From an uncultured delta proteobacterium (lineage in GTDB: Bacteria > Desulfobacterota > Binatia > Binatales > Binataceae), in the NCBI GenBank assembly GCA_963747115.1, contig CAVVEB010000002.1:279672-343671 (forward strand): a DNA stretch of 64,000 bases, given 5' to 3'. This document shows, piece after piece, positions 43,277 through 51,896 of this stretch; position 1 is the first letter of the stretch, and every line of letters starts with the position of its first letter. The notes beneath the pieces are model-generated. The model was not told the origin of the DNA and made no database searches. It was given only the letters and a program-made list of their open reading frames with translations. The translations under genes were made by a program, and so were the position numbers.

Positions 43277-43340
43277 CGCCGCGGTAAAATCAAACACGAC
43301 CCTATTGACGAGAAGCGTCGGCGGACATAACGCATAAAGG

Positions 43341-43877
43341 GTGGAACCGATTCCGCAAAAATCCCGCGCCGTAGAATTATGGCGTCAGGGCTATCAGCAC
43401 CACCTGCAAGCCTTCGCATTTGCCGGCGGTGAATGCGATCACGAAGCGGTCGCCGAGCTCAACGCGGCGGTCCACTTCTACAGTAAATCGATCGAGGTGT
43501 TTCCCACTGCCGAAGCGCATACCTTTCGCGGATGGGCGTATCGCTCGTTCGGGCGCCTCGATGACGCGATCGAGGAATGCAAGCGCGCGATCGAAGTCGA
43601 TCCGGCGTTTGGCAATCCTTACAACGATATCGGCGCCTACCTGATCGCCAAGGGTGAGCCCGAGCAGGCGATCGAATGGCTCGAAAAAGCCAAGCGCGCC
43701 CCCAATTACGATCCGCGCCACTATCCCTACATGAATCTCGGCCGCCTTTACGCGCAGAAGGGCATGGTGGTGAAGGCGATCGCGGAATTCGAAGAAGCGT
43801 TGCGGCTGGCCGGCGGCGATCACGCCGCCGATTCGATCGCCGAGCAACTGCGCAAGCTGCGCGCGACCCTCAACTAG
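43341..43877 (+). CDS. TPR-repeat protein (TadD-position)
   Basis: Three or four TPR-like units (AHTFRGWAYRSFGRLDDAIEECKRAIEVDP, YNDIGAYLIAKGEPEQAIEWLEKA, NLGRLYAQKGMVVKAIAEFEEAL). Intact, and lacks an evident signal peptide. Confidence 0.65.
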   Translation: MEPIPQKSRAVELWRQGYQHHLQAFAFAGGECDHEAVAELNAAVHFYSKSIEVFPTAEAHTFRGWAYRSFGRLDDAIEECKRAIEVDPAFGNPYNDIGAYLIAKGEPEQAIEWLEKAKRAPNYDPRHYPYMNLGRLYAQKGMVVKAIAEFEEALRLAGGDHAADSIAEQLRKLRATLN

Positions 43878-43887
43878 CCCCTAATCG

Positions 43888-44331
43888 ATGTTGCAAGTTG
43901 GCGAACCAGCGCCCGAGTTCACCGTGCAGTCGCACGACGGCGCGACGGTTTCACTCTGCACCTGGCGCGGAAAAAAAGTGCTGCTGTGGTTCTATCCGGA
44001 AGCCGGCACGCCCGGCTGCACGCTCGAGGGCCGCGGCTTTCGCGACCATCAGGAATATTTCGACGACAACGGAATCCAGATCCTCGGCGTCAGCTTCGAC
44101 CCGGTCGATCGCAACTCGGCTTTCGCGCTCAAATGCGGTTTCAAGTTTCCGCTGCTATGCGACGTCGATCGCAAAATCGCCCTGGCCTACGGCGCGTGCT
44201 CCAATGCGAAGGCGCAATCCGCCGAGCGCATAAGTTTCCTCATCGATGAGCACGGCAAAATCGCCCGCGTCTATGACCAGGTCGATCCGCGCGACCATCC
44301 GGCCAGGGTACTCGCCGACATATTGGACTGA
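43888..44331 (+). CDS. bcp: peroxiredoxin Bcp
   Basis: GEPAPEF...KKVLLWFYPEAGTPGCTLE peroxidatic Cys motif. 147 aa. Confidence 0.88.
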   Translation: MLQVGEPAPEFTVQSHDGATVSLCTWRGKKVLLWFYPEAGTPGCTLEGRGFRDHQEYFDDNGIQILGVSFDPVDRNSAFALKCGFKFPLLCDVDRKIALAYGACSNAKAQSAERISFLIDEHGKIARVYDQVDPRDHPARVLADILD

Positions 44332-44346
44332 GATGCTGGGCGAGCA

Positions 44347-44883
44347 ATGAGCCCGTATCTTCTAATCGGGGCGATCGTATTCGGCGCCGCGCTGGTTTTC
44401 TTCACCTTGCCGTGGACCTTGCCGCACTCGTGGTACCGGGCGCTCTTCTATCCCGGCGGCAGGCCGAACGCGCTCGCCAGACGTCTCAACTCCGGGCAGG
44501 CAAGGCTATCGGCGCTCGGAGTTTTGCCGGCGCTGGTGGTCGCCCTGGAAACCAGAGGGCGGCGAAGCGGCAGGGCTTTCCTGGTCCCGCTGGTCGTGGC
44601 GCAGGTCGGCACCGAACGATACCTGGTGTCGATGCTCGGCGAGAACGCCGACTGGGTGCGCAACGCGCGCGCCAGCGCGGGCGCCGCGGTGCTCCGCTAT
44701 CGAAGAACGGAAAAGGTGCGGCTGGAGGATGTGCCGGTGTCGCAGCGGGCGCCGATCCTCAAGGCCTATTTGCAACGGGCTCCGGGCGCCCGCCCGCACT
44801 TCGACCTCAGCCGTGACGCGCCGCTGGCGGAGTTCGAGAAGGTGGCGGCGCGCTATCCCGTGTTCCGCATCGTCGTGGAATGA
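44347..44883 (+). CDS. nitroreductase-family deazaflavin-dependent oxidoreductase-like (DUF385) protein
   Basis: LETRGRRSGRAFLVPLVVAQVGTERYLVSMLGENADWVRNARA resembles the F420H2-dependent reductase/DUF385 split-barrel. An N-terminal TM segment is present. Confidence 0.6.
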   Translation: MSPYLLIGAIVFGAALVFFTLPWTLPHSWYRALFYPGGRPNALARRLNSGQARLSALGVLPALVVALETRGRRSGRAFLVPLVVAQVGTERYLVSMLGENADWVRNARASAGAAVLRYRRTEKVRLEDVPVSQRAPILKAYLQRAPGARPHFDLSRDAPLAEFEKVAARYPVFRIVVE

Positions 44884-44972
44884 ATCACCGCGCGCGGACC
44901 GATCGCATATGCGGGGGAACGCAGCTGGCGGCGACTCGTGAATGAAACCGCGATATCGTATTGGTGTGCGCG

Positions 44973-45780
44973 ATGAGGGGGGCTGCAACTGAAAGTCGAA
45001 ACCGTTCTTTTTGATCTCGACGAAACCCTGATCGAGGAAGAGGCCTCCAACGACGCCTCCGCGCTGGCCGCTTGCGCCATCGCGTCTCAGCGCCATGCCG
45101 TCGATCCGCGCCTCGTGCTCAAAACGCTGCGCGCGCGTAGCGTCGAGTTGTGGCGCGCCGGTCCCGCGGTGCAATACTGCCGCGCAATCGGAATCAGCTC
45201 GCGCGAGGGTCTATGGGGCGCGTTCACCGGCGGCGAACCCAACCTGAAAATTCTGCGGGATTGGATTGCCGGCTATCGGGTCGAAGCCTGGGCGCGCGCG
45301 CTCGGCGACCACGGCATCGACGATCGCGCGCTGGCCGCCGATCTCGCCGAAGCGTTTCGCATCGATCGCAAGAATCGCCACGTGGTTTTTCCCGAGTCTC
45401 GCGGCGCGCTCGAACTTCTGCGCGGCCGCGTGAAGCTCGGCCTGCTCACTAACGGCGCGCCCGATATTCAGCGCGAGAAGATCGATAAATCCGGGCTCGC
45501 CGGATTCTTCGATTCGATCCTGGTGTCCGGCGAGGTTGGTTTCGGAAAGCCGCTCGCGGAAATTTTTCGCCTCGCCATCGATCAGCTCGGAGCCGACGAG
45601 GCTTCGGCGGTGATGATCGGCGACAGTCTTAAGCGCGACGTCGCGGGCGCGGCCAATGCCGGCATCAGGAGCATCTGGGTGAACCGAGGGGGTGCGAAGG
45701 CTGCCGAAGGGTCGCCCATCCCCGATCGCGAGGTGCGTGACCTGGCGCGGCTGCCCAAGTCACTGGAAGCGCTCTTCTAA
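44973..45780 (+). CDS. HAD-superfamily hydrolase (start separated from body by a G6 homopolymer frameshift)
   Basis: Motif I VLFDLDETL, motif II LLTNG, and motifs III/IV GKP...MIGDSLKRDV. The ATG at 44973 comes into frame only if the G-run 44977-44982 is one base shorter. Confidence 0.8.
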
Positions 45781-45862
45781 CCACAATCGTCGCGATCTGA
45801 GACACCAAATGGCGCCTCGGCGCGCTCGCGAAGCGCATTTCGCCGCGCGCCGTGACACCTTC

Positions 45863-45903
45863 GAGCAACACTCGAGCAACATTCAGACTACATCTGAGCA
45901 ACA
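45863..45903 (+). promoter_or_regulatory. three phased GAGCAACA direct repeats (candidate upstream activator sites)
   Basis: GAGCAACA starts at 45863, 45874 and 45896 (11 and 22 bp apart). The third copy extends into AGCAACATATTGCT (a half-palindrome). The repeats lie 140-180 bp upstream of the 46043 sigma-54 promoter. Confidence 0.3.
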
Positions 45904-46042
45904 TATTGCTGACACATCGGGGCGCACGAAGATTAGCCGCAATTAAGTCCACAAGATGTCGCTAGCGCCATAATACTGGAACGTCCCACTTCCAAACGAG
46001 TGTGCAACCGGGCTGCGTCGCGCGACGGTAGGCAAGGCGATT

Positions 46043-46058
46043 TGGCGCGGCGTTTGCT
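46043..46058 (+). promoter_or_regulatory. candidate sigma-54 (-24/-12) promoter upstream of the EBP gene
   Basis: TGGCGCGGCGTTTGCT has GG (46044-45) and GC (46056-57) at canonical spacing and an intact TTGC -12 element. Confidence 0.5.
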
Positions 46059-46115
46059 CTATTCGCAGGGGGGATGCGACTACGGAACCTACCCACCGCC
46101 GCAAGGAAAAAACCG

Positions 46116-47303
46116 ATGGAAAACTCTGCTGAAAAGCTTGAAGAAATTGAGAATGTACCGTCCGTGAAACCGCGTGAAAGTGGCAGCGAATGGGTATCTA
46201 TTCAGACGCTTACAAATCCGCACGAGCACATAAACGAGATGATCGTGTGCTCCGATGAATTGCGCAAAGTCATCAAGACCATCACGCGGCTAAGTCCCTA
46301 TCGGCAAACGGTTTTGATCGAAGGCGAGTCCGGGACCGGCAAGGAGCTGATCGCGCGCGCGCTGCATAGCCTCGGAACCCCACCGATTGGTCCGTTTGTC
46401 ACTTTCAATTGCTCCAACCTGGTGGCCTCGCTGGCCGAGTCGCAACTCTTCGGACACGTTAAGGGCGCCTTCACTGACGCGCGCGAAGACGCGCTGGGTT
46501 ATTTTCGGTCGGCCAATGGCGGGACGCTGTTTCTCGACGAGATCGGCGAGTTGCCGCTTGCGCTTCAGCCGAAACTTTTGCGTGCGGTTGAGAACCATGA
46601 AGTCCAGCCGGTCGGGTCCACACAGACTTACAAGGTGGATATCCGCCTGGTCGGTGCGACCAATCGTGACCTGCAAGCGATGATGAGGGCGGGCACCTTT
46701 CGCGAGGACCTTTTCTATCGGCTGAATTCTTCGACGATTGTGTTGCCGCCGCTGCGCGACCGAAAGGATGCGATCCCGTGCTTCGTCGCGCATTTTATCG
46801 AGCACTACAACAAGCTGTTTGGAAAACGTGTGCAATACGTCTCCCCGCAAGTGGTTGAGGCATTCCGCGCTTATGGATGGCCCGGCAACATCCGCGAACT
46901 GGCCCATGCGGTCGAAACGCTGGTGCTGATGTGCGACGGCAGCCGCATCGCCCTGCAGGATTTGCCGGCCTTCCTTTCGCATCCCGCGCCGGCGCAGGCT
47001 CTGGACGACCCGGCGCCTGTCGCATCGATTAAACCAATCGCGACCGAGCCCAACGAGCCCGATCAAGTTGCGCCCGCGTCATTGCCGGGGATGGATTGGG
47101 AGCTGCCGGACGGATCGCCGCTCCTCCTCGACAACATGATAAGGAAAACCCTGGTGCGATCCCTTCATGAGACTGAAGGAAATCGCCGCCGCGCCGCCAA
47201 TCTGCTCGGAGTATCGCGTTCGACGCTTTACCGGATGCTGTCGCGATATGGCTTGGGCGAGAACCTCAAGCATCGCGCTCCTGAAGTCCGGACCACCTCG
47301 TGA
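46116..47303 (+). CDS. sigma-54-dependent transcriptional activator (AAA+ and Fis-type HTH only, no N-terminal sensory domain)
   Basis: Walker A GESGTGKE, L1 loop GAFTDA (variant of GAFTGA), Walker B LFLDEIGEL, WPGNIRELAHAVE, and C-terminal HTH AANLLGVSRSTLYRML. The ORF is open from 46074. Confidence 0.9.
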   Translation: MENSAEKLEEIENVPSVKPRESGSEWVSIQTLTNPHEHINEMIVCSDELRKVIKTITRLSPYRQTVLIEGESGTGKELIARALHSLGTPPIGPFVTFNCSNLVASLAESQLFGHVKGAFTDAREDALGYFRSANGGTLFLDEIGELPLALQPKLLRAVENHEVQPVGSTQTYKVDIRLVGATNRDLQAMMRAGTFREDLFYRLNSSTIVLPPLRDRKDAIPCFVAHFIEHYNKLFGKRVQYVSPQVVEAFRAYGWPGNIRELAHAVETLVLMCDGSRIALQDLPAFLSHPAPAQALDDPAPVASIKPIATEPNEPDQVAPASLPGMDWELPDGSPLLLDNMIRKTLVRSLHETEGNRRRAANLLGVSRSTLYRMLSRYGLGENLKHRAPEVRTTS

Positions 47304-47382
47304 ATCGTGGGTTGCGGTTCTTCTATCCGCGCAGTCAAATCGCGCTGGAAAATGGTTGCGCCCTGAATCACAATTTCGATGC

Positions 47383-47679
47383 ATGAACCGTCTGATTCTT
47401 GCCGCGACCTTTGCGATGGCGACGCTGATCTATGCCGCCGCCGCGCTTACCGAAGGCCCCCATCCGCCGCCTGATCTGCTCCAGCTCGAGCGCGAAGTTG
47501 CACTCAAGATGGCTCATGCGCACGACCTCGGATTTGTCCAGCCCGACCAGGTGAAACGGCTCTCGGATGCGCATCAGATCGATCTCGAAGGCGAGCAGGC
47601 GCTCAAGGCGGGCAACTACGATGAGGCAGAGCGCGACTTCCTCAAAACCAAAGTGCTGTTGCACGATCTCGGTATCTGA
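47383..47679 (+). CDS. small secreted hypothetical protein (98 aa)
   Basis: Signal-like MNRLILAATFAMATLIYAAAA, then a charged helical region. No family recognised. Confidence 0.4.
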   Translation: MNRLILAATFAMATLIYAAAALTEGPHPPPDLLQLEREVALKMAHAHDLGFVQPDQVKRLSDAHQIDLEGEQALKAGNYDEAERDFLKTKVLLHDLGI

Positions 47680-47841
47680 CGGAAACTGGATCGGCGAGAC
47701 ACCGTCGAGCATGCCTTGTGGCATTGCGAAGGACTCAGGCGCCATAGCTTCAGACACAAAAAACGCAAAAACAAAGCCACTACGAAACGAACCCAATTAT
47801 CTGTAAGTAGCTGATTTCATTGAGTAATCATACGATTCGAC

Positions 47842-48993
47842 ATGCCTAATTCCGATCGCTTATGGGCCGAAGCCGTTCGCGTGCTCCAAGACGGCCGGCC
47901 ATTCGTCCTCGCTACCGTGGTCAACGTTCGCGGCTCCACCCCGCGCGAGGTTGGCGCCAAGATGCTCGTGCGCGACGACGGTCAGTTCGGCACTATCGGC
48001 GGCGGATGCGGCGAGGCCGAGGTCTTTCGCAAAGCTCGTGTACTACTTGAGGAACACGCCGGCGCGCGTCTGACCGAGGTCGACCTGACCGGAGACTTCG
48101 AGCAACAGGAAATCGGCACCTGCGGCGGCATCATGGATGTGTTTATTGATCGATGGTCGCCGGAATCCGATCTCCCGCTGGCGCGGAAACTCGCCCATGC
48201 CATTGAGCGCAATCGGCCCGCAGCGCTGCTCACCGTAATCGATCCCGGCATCTCCGACGCGGTGCGCATCGGATCGCGGACGGTGGTGGATCCCGCCGAG
48301 CGCGCGGGGGACATCCTTGCCGCCGTCGGGCTAAGTTCGATCGCACTCGATCAGGTGGCGGAGCGCGCGGTCGATTTGCATGCGGGACTGGTCGAAGTAG
48401 GCGAGGCAGGGCTTCGACACACGACGCGCATCGAGCCCAACGGAGCGCCGCGTATTTTCATCGATCCGGTAAGCGGCGCGCAGCGGCTCATCATCGTGGG
48501 CGCGGGACATATCGCGCAACCGCTGGCGGCGATAGGCTCGATGATGGGGTTCCACGTCACCGTCATCGATGATCGCAGTCAGTTCGCCAACCGCGAACGC
48601 TTTCCCGGCGTCAATGAGATAATCGTCAAACCCTTTCGCGCGGCAATCGAATCGCTCGCGCTCGACCGGCATTGCTTTCTGGTCGCGGTGACTCGCGGCC
48701 ATAGCTACGACGAAGATGCGGTCGAGGCCGCGCTGCGCCAACCGTGCGGATTCGTTGGAATGATCGGATCGCGGCGCCGGGTCAGGAGAACGCTCGATCG
48801 GCTGCTCGAGGCCGGCACGCCGCGCGAGCGTATCGAGAGAGTTCACGCACCGCTCGGGCTCGATCTCGGCGCCGAAACCCCGGAGGAAATCGCGGTCGCG
48901 ATCATGGCGGAGATCATTCGCGAACGCAGGACCGGTATCCGCGATGCGCTGACGATGGGTGTCAAGCTGGGGCGCCTGAAGCCGAATCCGTGA
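47842..48993 (+). CDS. xdhC: XdhC/CoxI-family molybdoenzyme maturation protein
   Basis: FVLATVVNVRGSTPREVGAKMLV...GTIGGGCGE and a Rossmann-like RLIIVGAGHIAQPLA...VTVIDDR. Confidence 0.85.
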   Translation: MPNSDRLWAEAVRVLQDGRPFVLATVVNVRGSTPREVGAKMLVRDDGQFGTIGGGCGEAEVFRKARVLLEEHAGARLTEVDLTGDFEQQEIGTCGGIMDVFIDRWSPESDLPLARKLAHAIERNRPAALLTVIDPGISDAVRIGSRTVVDPAERAGDILAAVGLSSIALDQVAERAVDLHAGLVEVGEAGLRHTTRIEPNGAPRIFIDPVSGAQRLIIVGAGHIAQPLAAIGSMMGFHVTVIDDRSQFANRERFPGVNEIIVKPFRAAIESLALDRHCFLVAVTRGHSYDEDAVEAALRQPCGFVGMIGSRRRVRRTLDRLLEAGTPRERIERVHAPLGLDLGAETPEEIAVAIMAEIIRERRTGIRDALTMGVKLGRLKPNP

Positions 48994-48996
48994 TGA

Positions 48997-49617
48997 GTGG
49001 ATCGGATTGCGATGGCGGCTGACCTCGAAGGGATTCTCCTGGCGGCCGGCGAGTCGCGCCGGATGGGATATCCTAAACCTTTACTTAAGCTTGGGAACGA
49101 AACTTATCTGGCGCATTTGGCGCGCGCGATGCTCGCCGCAGTGCCTCGGCTAACGATTGTGATCGGCGCGCATGCCGACCGCGTCCGCTGCGCGATACCT
49201 TCCGATCCGCGGGTCGCGGTTGTCTACAATCCCAATTACCGTCGCGGGCAGTTGTCCTCGATCAAAGCCGCCATCCGCTCGATCCCCCTTAACACCACGG
49301 CCGTGCTGATTCATCTGACCGATCAACCGACGGTACGGGCCGCGACGTTCGGCGCCGCGGTCACCCGCTATCGCGAATCGAAAAGCCCTATCGTCATTGC
49401 GCGATATCGCGGCCGCCGGGGTCACCCGGTGCTGTTCGATCGGGAGCTGTTCGCGGAGCTTCTCGAAGCTCCGGAAGATCAGGGCGCTCGCGTGGTCGTC
49501 AATGCCGACCCGGCGCGGGTCAGCTACGTTGATGTCGATGATCCGGGAATCTTGCTCGATCTCGATACCCCCGAGGACCTGGATCGCGCGGGCCTCGAAA
49601 GGCCGCCGAAAGTTTGA
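48997..49617 (+). CDS. mocA: MobA-like NTP transferase (molybdenum cofactor cytidylyltransferase MocA-like)
   Basis: GILLAAGESRRMGYPKPLL and DQP motifs. Starts 3 nt after the xdhC stop. Confidence 0.8.
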   Translation: MDRIAMAADLEGILLAAGESRRMGYPKPLLKLGNETYLAHLARAMLAAVPRLTIVIGAHADRVRCAIPSDPRVAVVYNPNYRRGQLSSIKAAIRSIPLNTTAVLIHLTDQPTVRAATFGAAVTRYRESKSPIVIARYRGRRGHPVLFDRELFAELLEAPEDQGARVVVNADPARVSYVDVDDPGILLDLDTPEDLDRAGLERPPKV

Positions 49618-49659
49618 CGAAAAGGTCTGTTATTGCGGGCGAAATTGCTACATTTTTGG

Positions 49660-49687
49660 TGTAACCGTTGAGCTTTTCCAGCGTATT
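49660..49687 (+). promoter_or_regulatory. candidate ECF-type promoter
   Basis: TGTAAC-N16-CGTATT (AAC and CGT elements 16 nt apart) lies immediately upstream of the ECF sigma gene. Confidence 0.3.
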
Positions 49688-49698
49688 AGTAAACAGCT

Positions 49699-50337
49699 AT
49701 GCGTGGACTTGCTCTAGCCAGACGAATGGGATGGAGCGCTGCCGTCAGACCTGACGAGGAACTGATCTCCGATGCCCTCGCGGGAGAGACCGAGGCTTTT
49801 TCGGAGCTGTCGTCGCGCCATCGCCAGCGGGTCGAGCGGTTGTGCCAGCGCTTTTTTTCCGATCAGGAAATCGCGCGGGACCTGGCGCAGGAGAGTTTTC
49901 TCAAAGCGTTCGCGGCGCTCAAAAGTTATCGCGCCGAGATGCCGTTTGGCGCCTGGTTGCGGGCTATCGTAGTGAACGTTTGCTATGACGAATTGCGGCG
50001 GCGAAAGCGCCGCCCCGAGGAACTCGTAGGTGATTTCACCGAGCCTGAACTCGGGTGGATGCAGATGGTCAGCACCGCGACGCCGGAGGAGTTGGTGGGC
50101 GAGGCCGAGGAGCGTCGCGAAGCGCACGACTTGGCGCATCGGTTGCTCGACTCGCTCAAGCCGGAAGATCGGATGGTGCTGGTGCTGAAAGATAGCGAAG
50201 ACCTCGGAGTGGCCGAGATCGCCGGGATGATGGGATGGAGTGAAGCAAAGGTAAAAATTCGAGCGTTCCGCGCTCGTCAGGTTTTGCGCAAGCAGGCAGA
50301 GCGCCTGAAGAACGAAGGACGCAGGGTAATGAGATGA
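49699..50337 (+). CDS. ECF (sigma-70 family) RNA polymerase sigma factor
   Basis: Region 2 (LAQESFLKAFAALKSYR...FGAWLRAIVVNVCYDELRRR) and region 4 (LVLKDSEDLGVAEIAGMMGWSEAKVKIRAFRARQ). Confidence 0.85.
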   Translation: MRGLALARRMGWSAAVRPDEELISDALAGETEAFSELSSRHRQRVERLCQRFFSDQEIARDLAQESFLKAFAALKSYRAEMPFGAWLRAIVVNVCYDELRRRKRRPEELVGDFTEPELGWMQMVSTATPEELVGEAEERREAHDLAHRLLDSLKPEDRMVLVLKDSEDLGVAEIAGMMGWSEAKVKIRAFRARQVLRKQAERLKNEGRRVMR

Positions 50338-50762
50338 ATTGTTTCGAAGCACGACAGGATTTTCGCGCGTTCTGGAGAAAGGAGTTGGAGCCTGAGCGGC
50401 GGGTCGCGCTGGCGGAGCATTTGCGCGAGTGCGCAAAATGCGACGCGGCTTTTCGCGGGTTCGCACTGAGCGCGCCCGTACTCCATTCGGACGCGGAACC
50501 GGATCGAACGGCGCACATTTCGCGTCCGCGCGAGGCGATGCGATCGCGTCGCGAGGGCGGAGTCTTTCGCGAGCCGCGCCGCGCCGGAGCGTGGCTCTCG
50601 ATGGCGGCGACGATTCTTCTGTTTCTGACCGGAGTATCGGCGGCATACCTTTCGGTGGAATCGCCGGCGCAGACTCTGAGCGAAGCGATCCATCAGCCCG
50701 AGCCGTTTGTGCAACTGGTTAGTGCCGAGGTCCCGGAGGCGAATAGCGACCTTGGGCAATAG
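50334..50762 (+). CDS. anti-sigma factor (zf-HC2 type, one TM)
   Basis: Overlaps the sigma gene stop (ATGA). HLRECAKCDAAFRGF matches the H-x3-C-x2-C motif. TM segment WLSMAATILLFLTGVSAAYL. Confidence 0.65.
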   Translation: MNCFEARQDFRAFWRKELEPERRVALAEHLRECAKCDAAFRGFALSAPVLHSDAEPDRTAHISRPREAMRSRREGGVFREPRRAGAWLSMAATILLFLTGVSAAYLSVESPAQTLSEAIHQPEPFVQLVSAEVPEANSDLGQ

Positions 50763-51123
50763 TCTGAAATGGAGCGGAATAGCGGTGGCGTTGATCGCCG
50801 GCCTGCTCATCGGTTTCGCCGCCACCACGGTGGCCTACCGTCATCGGATACTCATGGTTCCGGGCCCGCATACTTTTCTCGAACGGCTCGACCGCGACCT
50901 GAGCCTGTCTCCGCAGCAACACCATCAGATCGAGGATCTGATACGAGAGACTCGGTCGAAGATGGAAAAGCTACATCAGGACTTCAGGCAGCAACACCAG
51001 CAGCTGATCATGCAAGCTCACGATCAGATTCGCGCGATGCTGACTCCCGACCAGCAGCTGAAGTTTGACCACGATTTCGCTCATCCTGGCGATAGCGAAC
51101 ACGAACATCATCACGACGACTGA
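50707..51123 (+). CDS. periplasmic CpxP/Spy/ZraP-like protein with His-rich tail
   Basis: N-terminal TM or signal sequence. Contains LSLSPQQHHQIEDL and LTPDQQLKF (LTxxQ-type motifs) and a C-terminal HPGDSEHEHHHDD. The start is uncertain (TTG 50707 or 50752). Confidence 0.55.
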   Translation: MCNWLVPRSRRRIATLGNSLKWSGIAVALIAGLLIGFAATTVAYRHRILMVPGPHTFLERLDRDLSLSPQQHHQIEDLIRETRSKMEKLHQDFRQQHQQLIMQAHDQIRAMLTPDQQLKFDHDFAHPGDSEHEHHHDD

Positions 51124-51150
51124 GCCGCCGCGGAAATCGGCTCAATCAAA

Positions 51151-51888
51151 ATGGCGGTCGAGGTCCAGTTCGTTGGTTCCGGTGACGCCTTCGGCAGCGG
51201 CGGCCGCTTCCAGACCTGCATCCTGATTCGAGGCGGTGGCGCGCCGCTTCTCATCGATTGCGGCGCTTCGTCATTGATCGCGATGAAGCGGCTGGGGATC
51301 GATCCGTCGCGCATAGCCGCCGTCGTTCTCACTCATCTCCACGGCGATCACTTTGCAGGCGTGCCATTTCTCGTTCTGGATGGGCAATTCAGCGGCAGGA
51401 CGGAGCCGCTAATCGTTGCCGGCCCGCCGGGTTCGCGCGAACGCATCGAAGCGACAATGGAGGTGCTCTTCCCCGGCTCGAGCAAAATCGCGCGGCGCTT
51501 TCCGGTGAATTTCGTCGAGCTGGCCGAGGGCCGAGCAGTGCCGGTCGGGGCCGCGACCGTAAGCGCTTTCGAAGTGGAGCACGCAAGCGGCGCTCCACCC
51601 TTCGCGGTCCGCGTCGAATACGAGGGGAAGATTGTCGGCTACTCGGGCGACACCCAATGGACTGATGCGTTAGTCAAAGCCGCCGACGGCGCGGACTTGT
51701 TCGTGGCCGAAGCCTACTTCTTCGACAAGCAAGTAAAGTTCCACCTCGATTTTCGGACGCTTGAGGCTCATCGAAGAGAGCTTCGCTGTCGGCGGCTAGT
51801 CCTTACGCATATGGCGGACGACATGCTGCGCCATCGCGACGAAATCGCGATCGAATGCGCTAGTGACGGCGCCGTGATCGCGCTGTGA
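51151..51888 (+). CDS. MBL-fold metallo-hydrolase (RNase Z / PhnP-like)
   Basis: FVGSGDAFGSGGR...LIDCG and LTHLHGDHFAG motifs. Confidence 0.8.
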   Translation: MAVEVQFVGSGDAFGSGGRFQTCILIRGGGAPLLIDCGASSLIAMKRLGIDPSRIAAVVLTHLHGDHFAGVPFLVLDGQFSGRTEPLIVAGPPGSRERIEATMEVLFPGSSKIARRFPVNFVELAEGRAVPVGAATVSAFEVEHASGAPPFAVRVEYEGKIVGYSGDTQWTDALVKAADGADLFVAEAYFFDKQVKFHLDFRTLEAHRRELRCRRLVLTHMADDMLRHRDEIAIECASDGAVIAL

Positions 51889-51896
51889 TAGTGCGC

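Noticed and set aside
47335-47360. Third sigma-54-like element, TGGAAAATGGTTGCG, upstream of the small secreted protein gene
   Set aside because: The GG-to-GC spacing is one base short of the canonical -24/-12 distance, and the -24 half is poor.
47680-47841. Possible Moco riboswitch upstream of xdhC
   Set aside because: The region is A-rich and poorly structured, and none of the conserved Moco-motif helices could be drawn.
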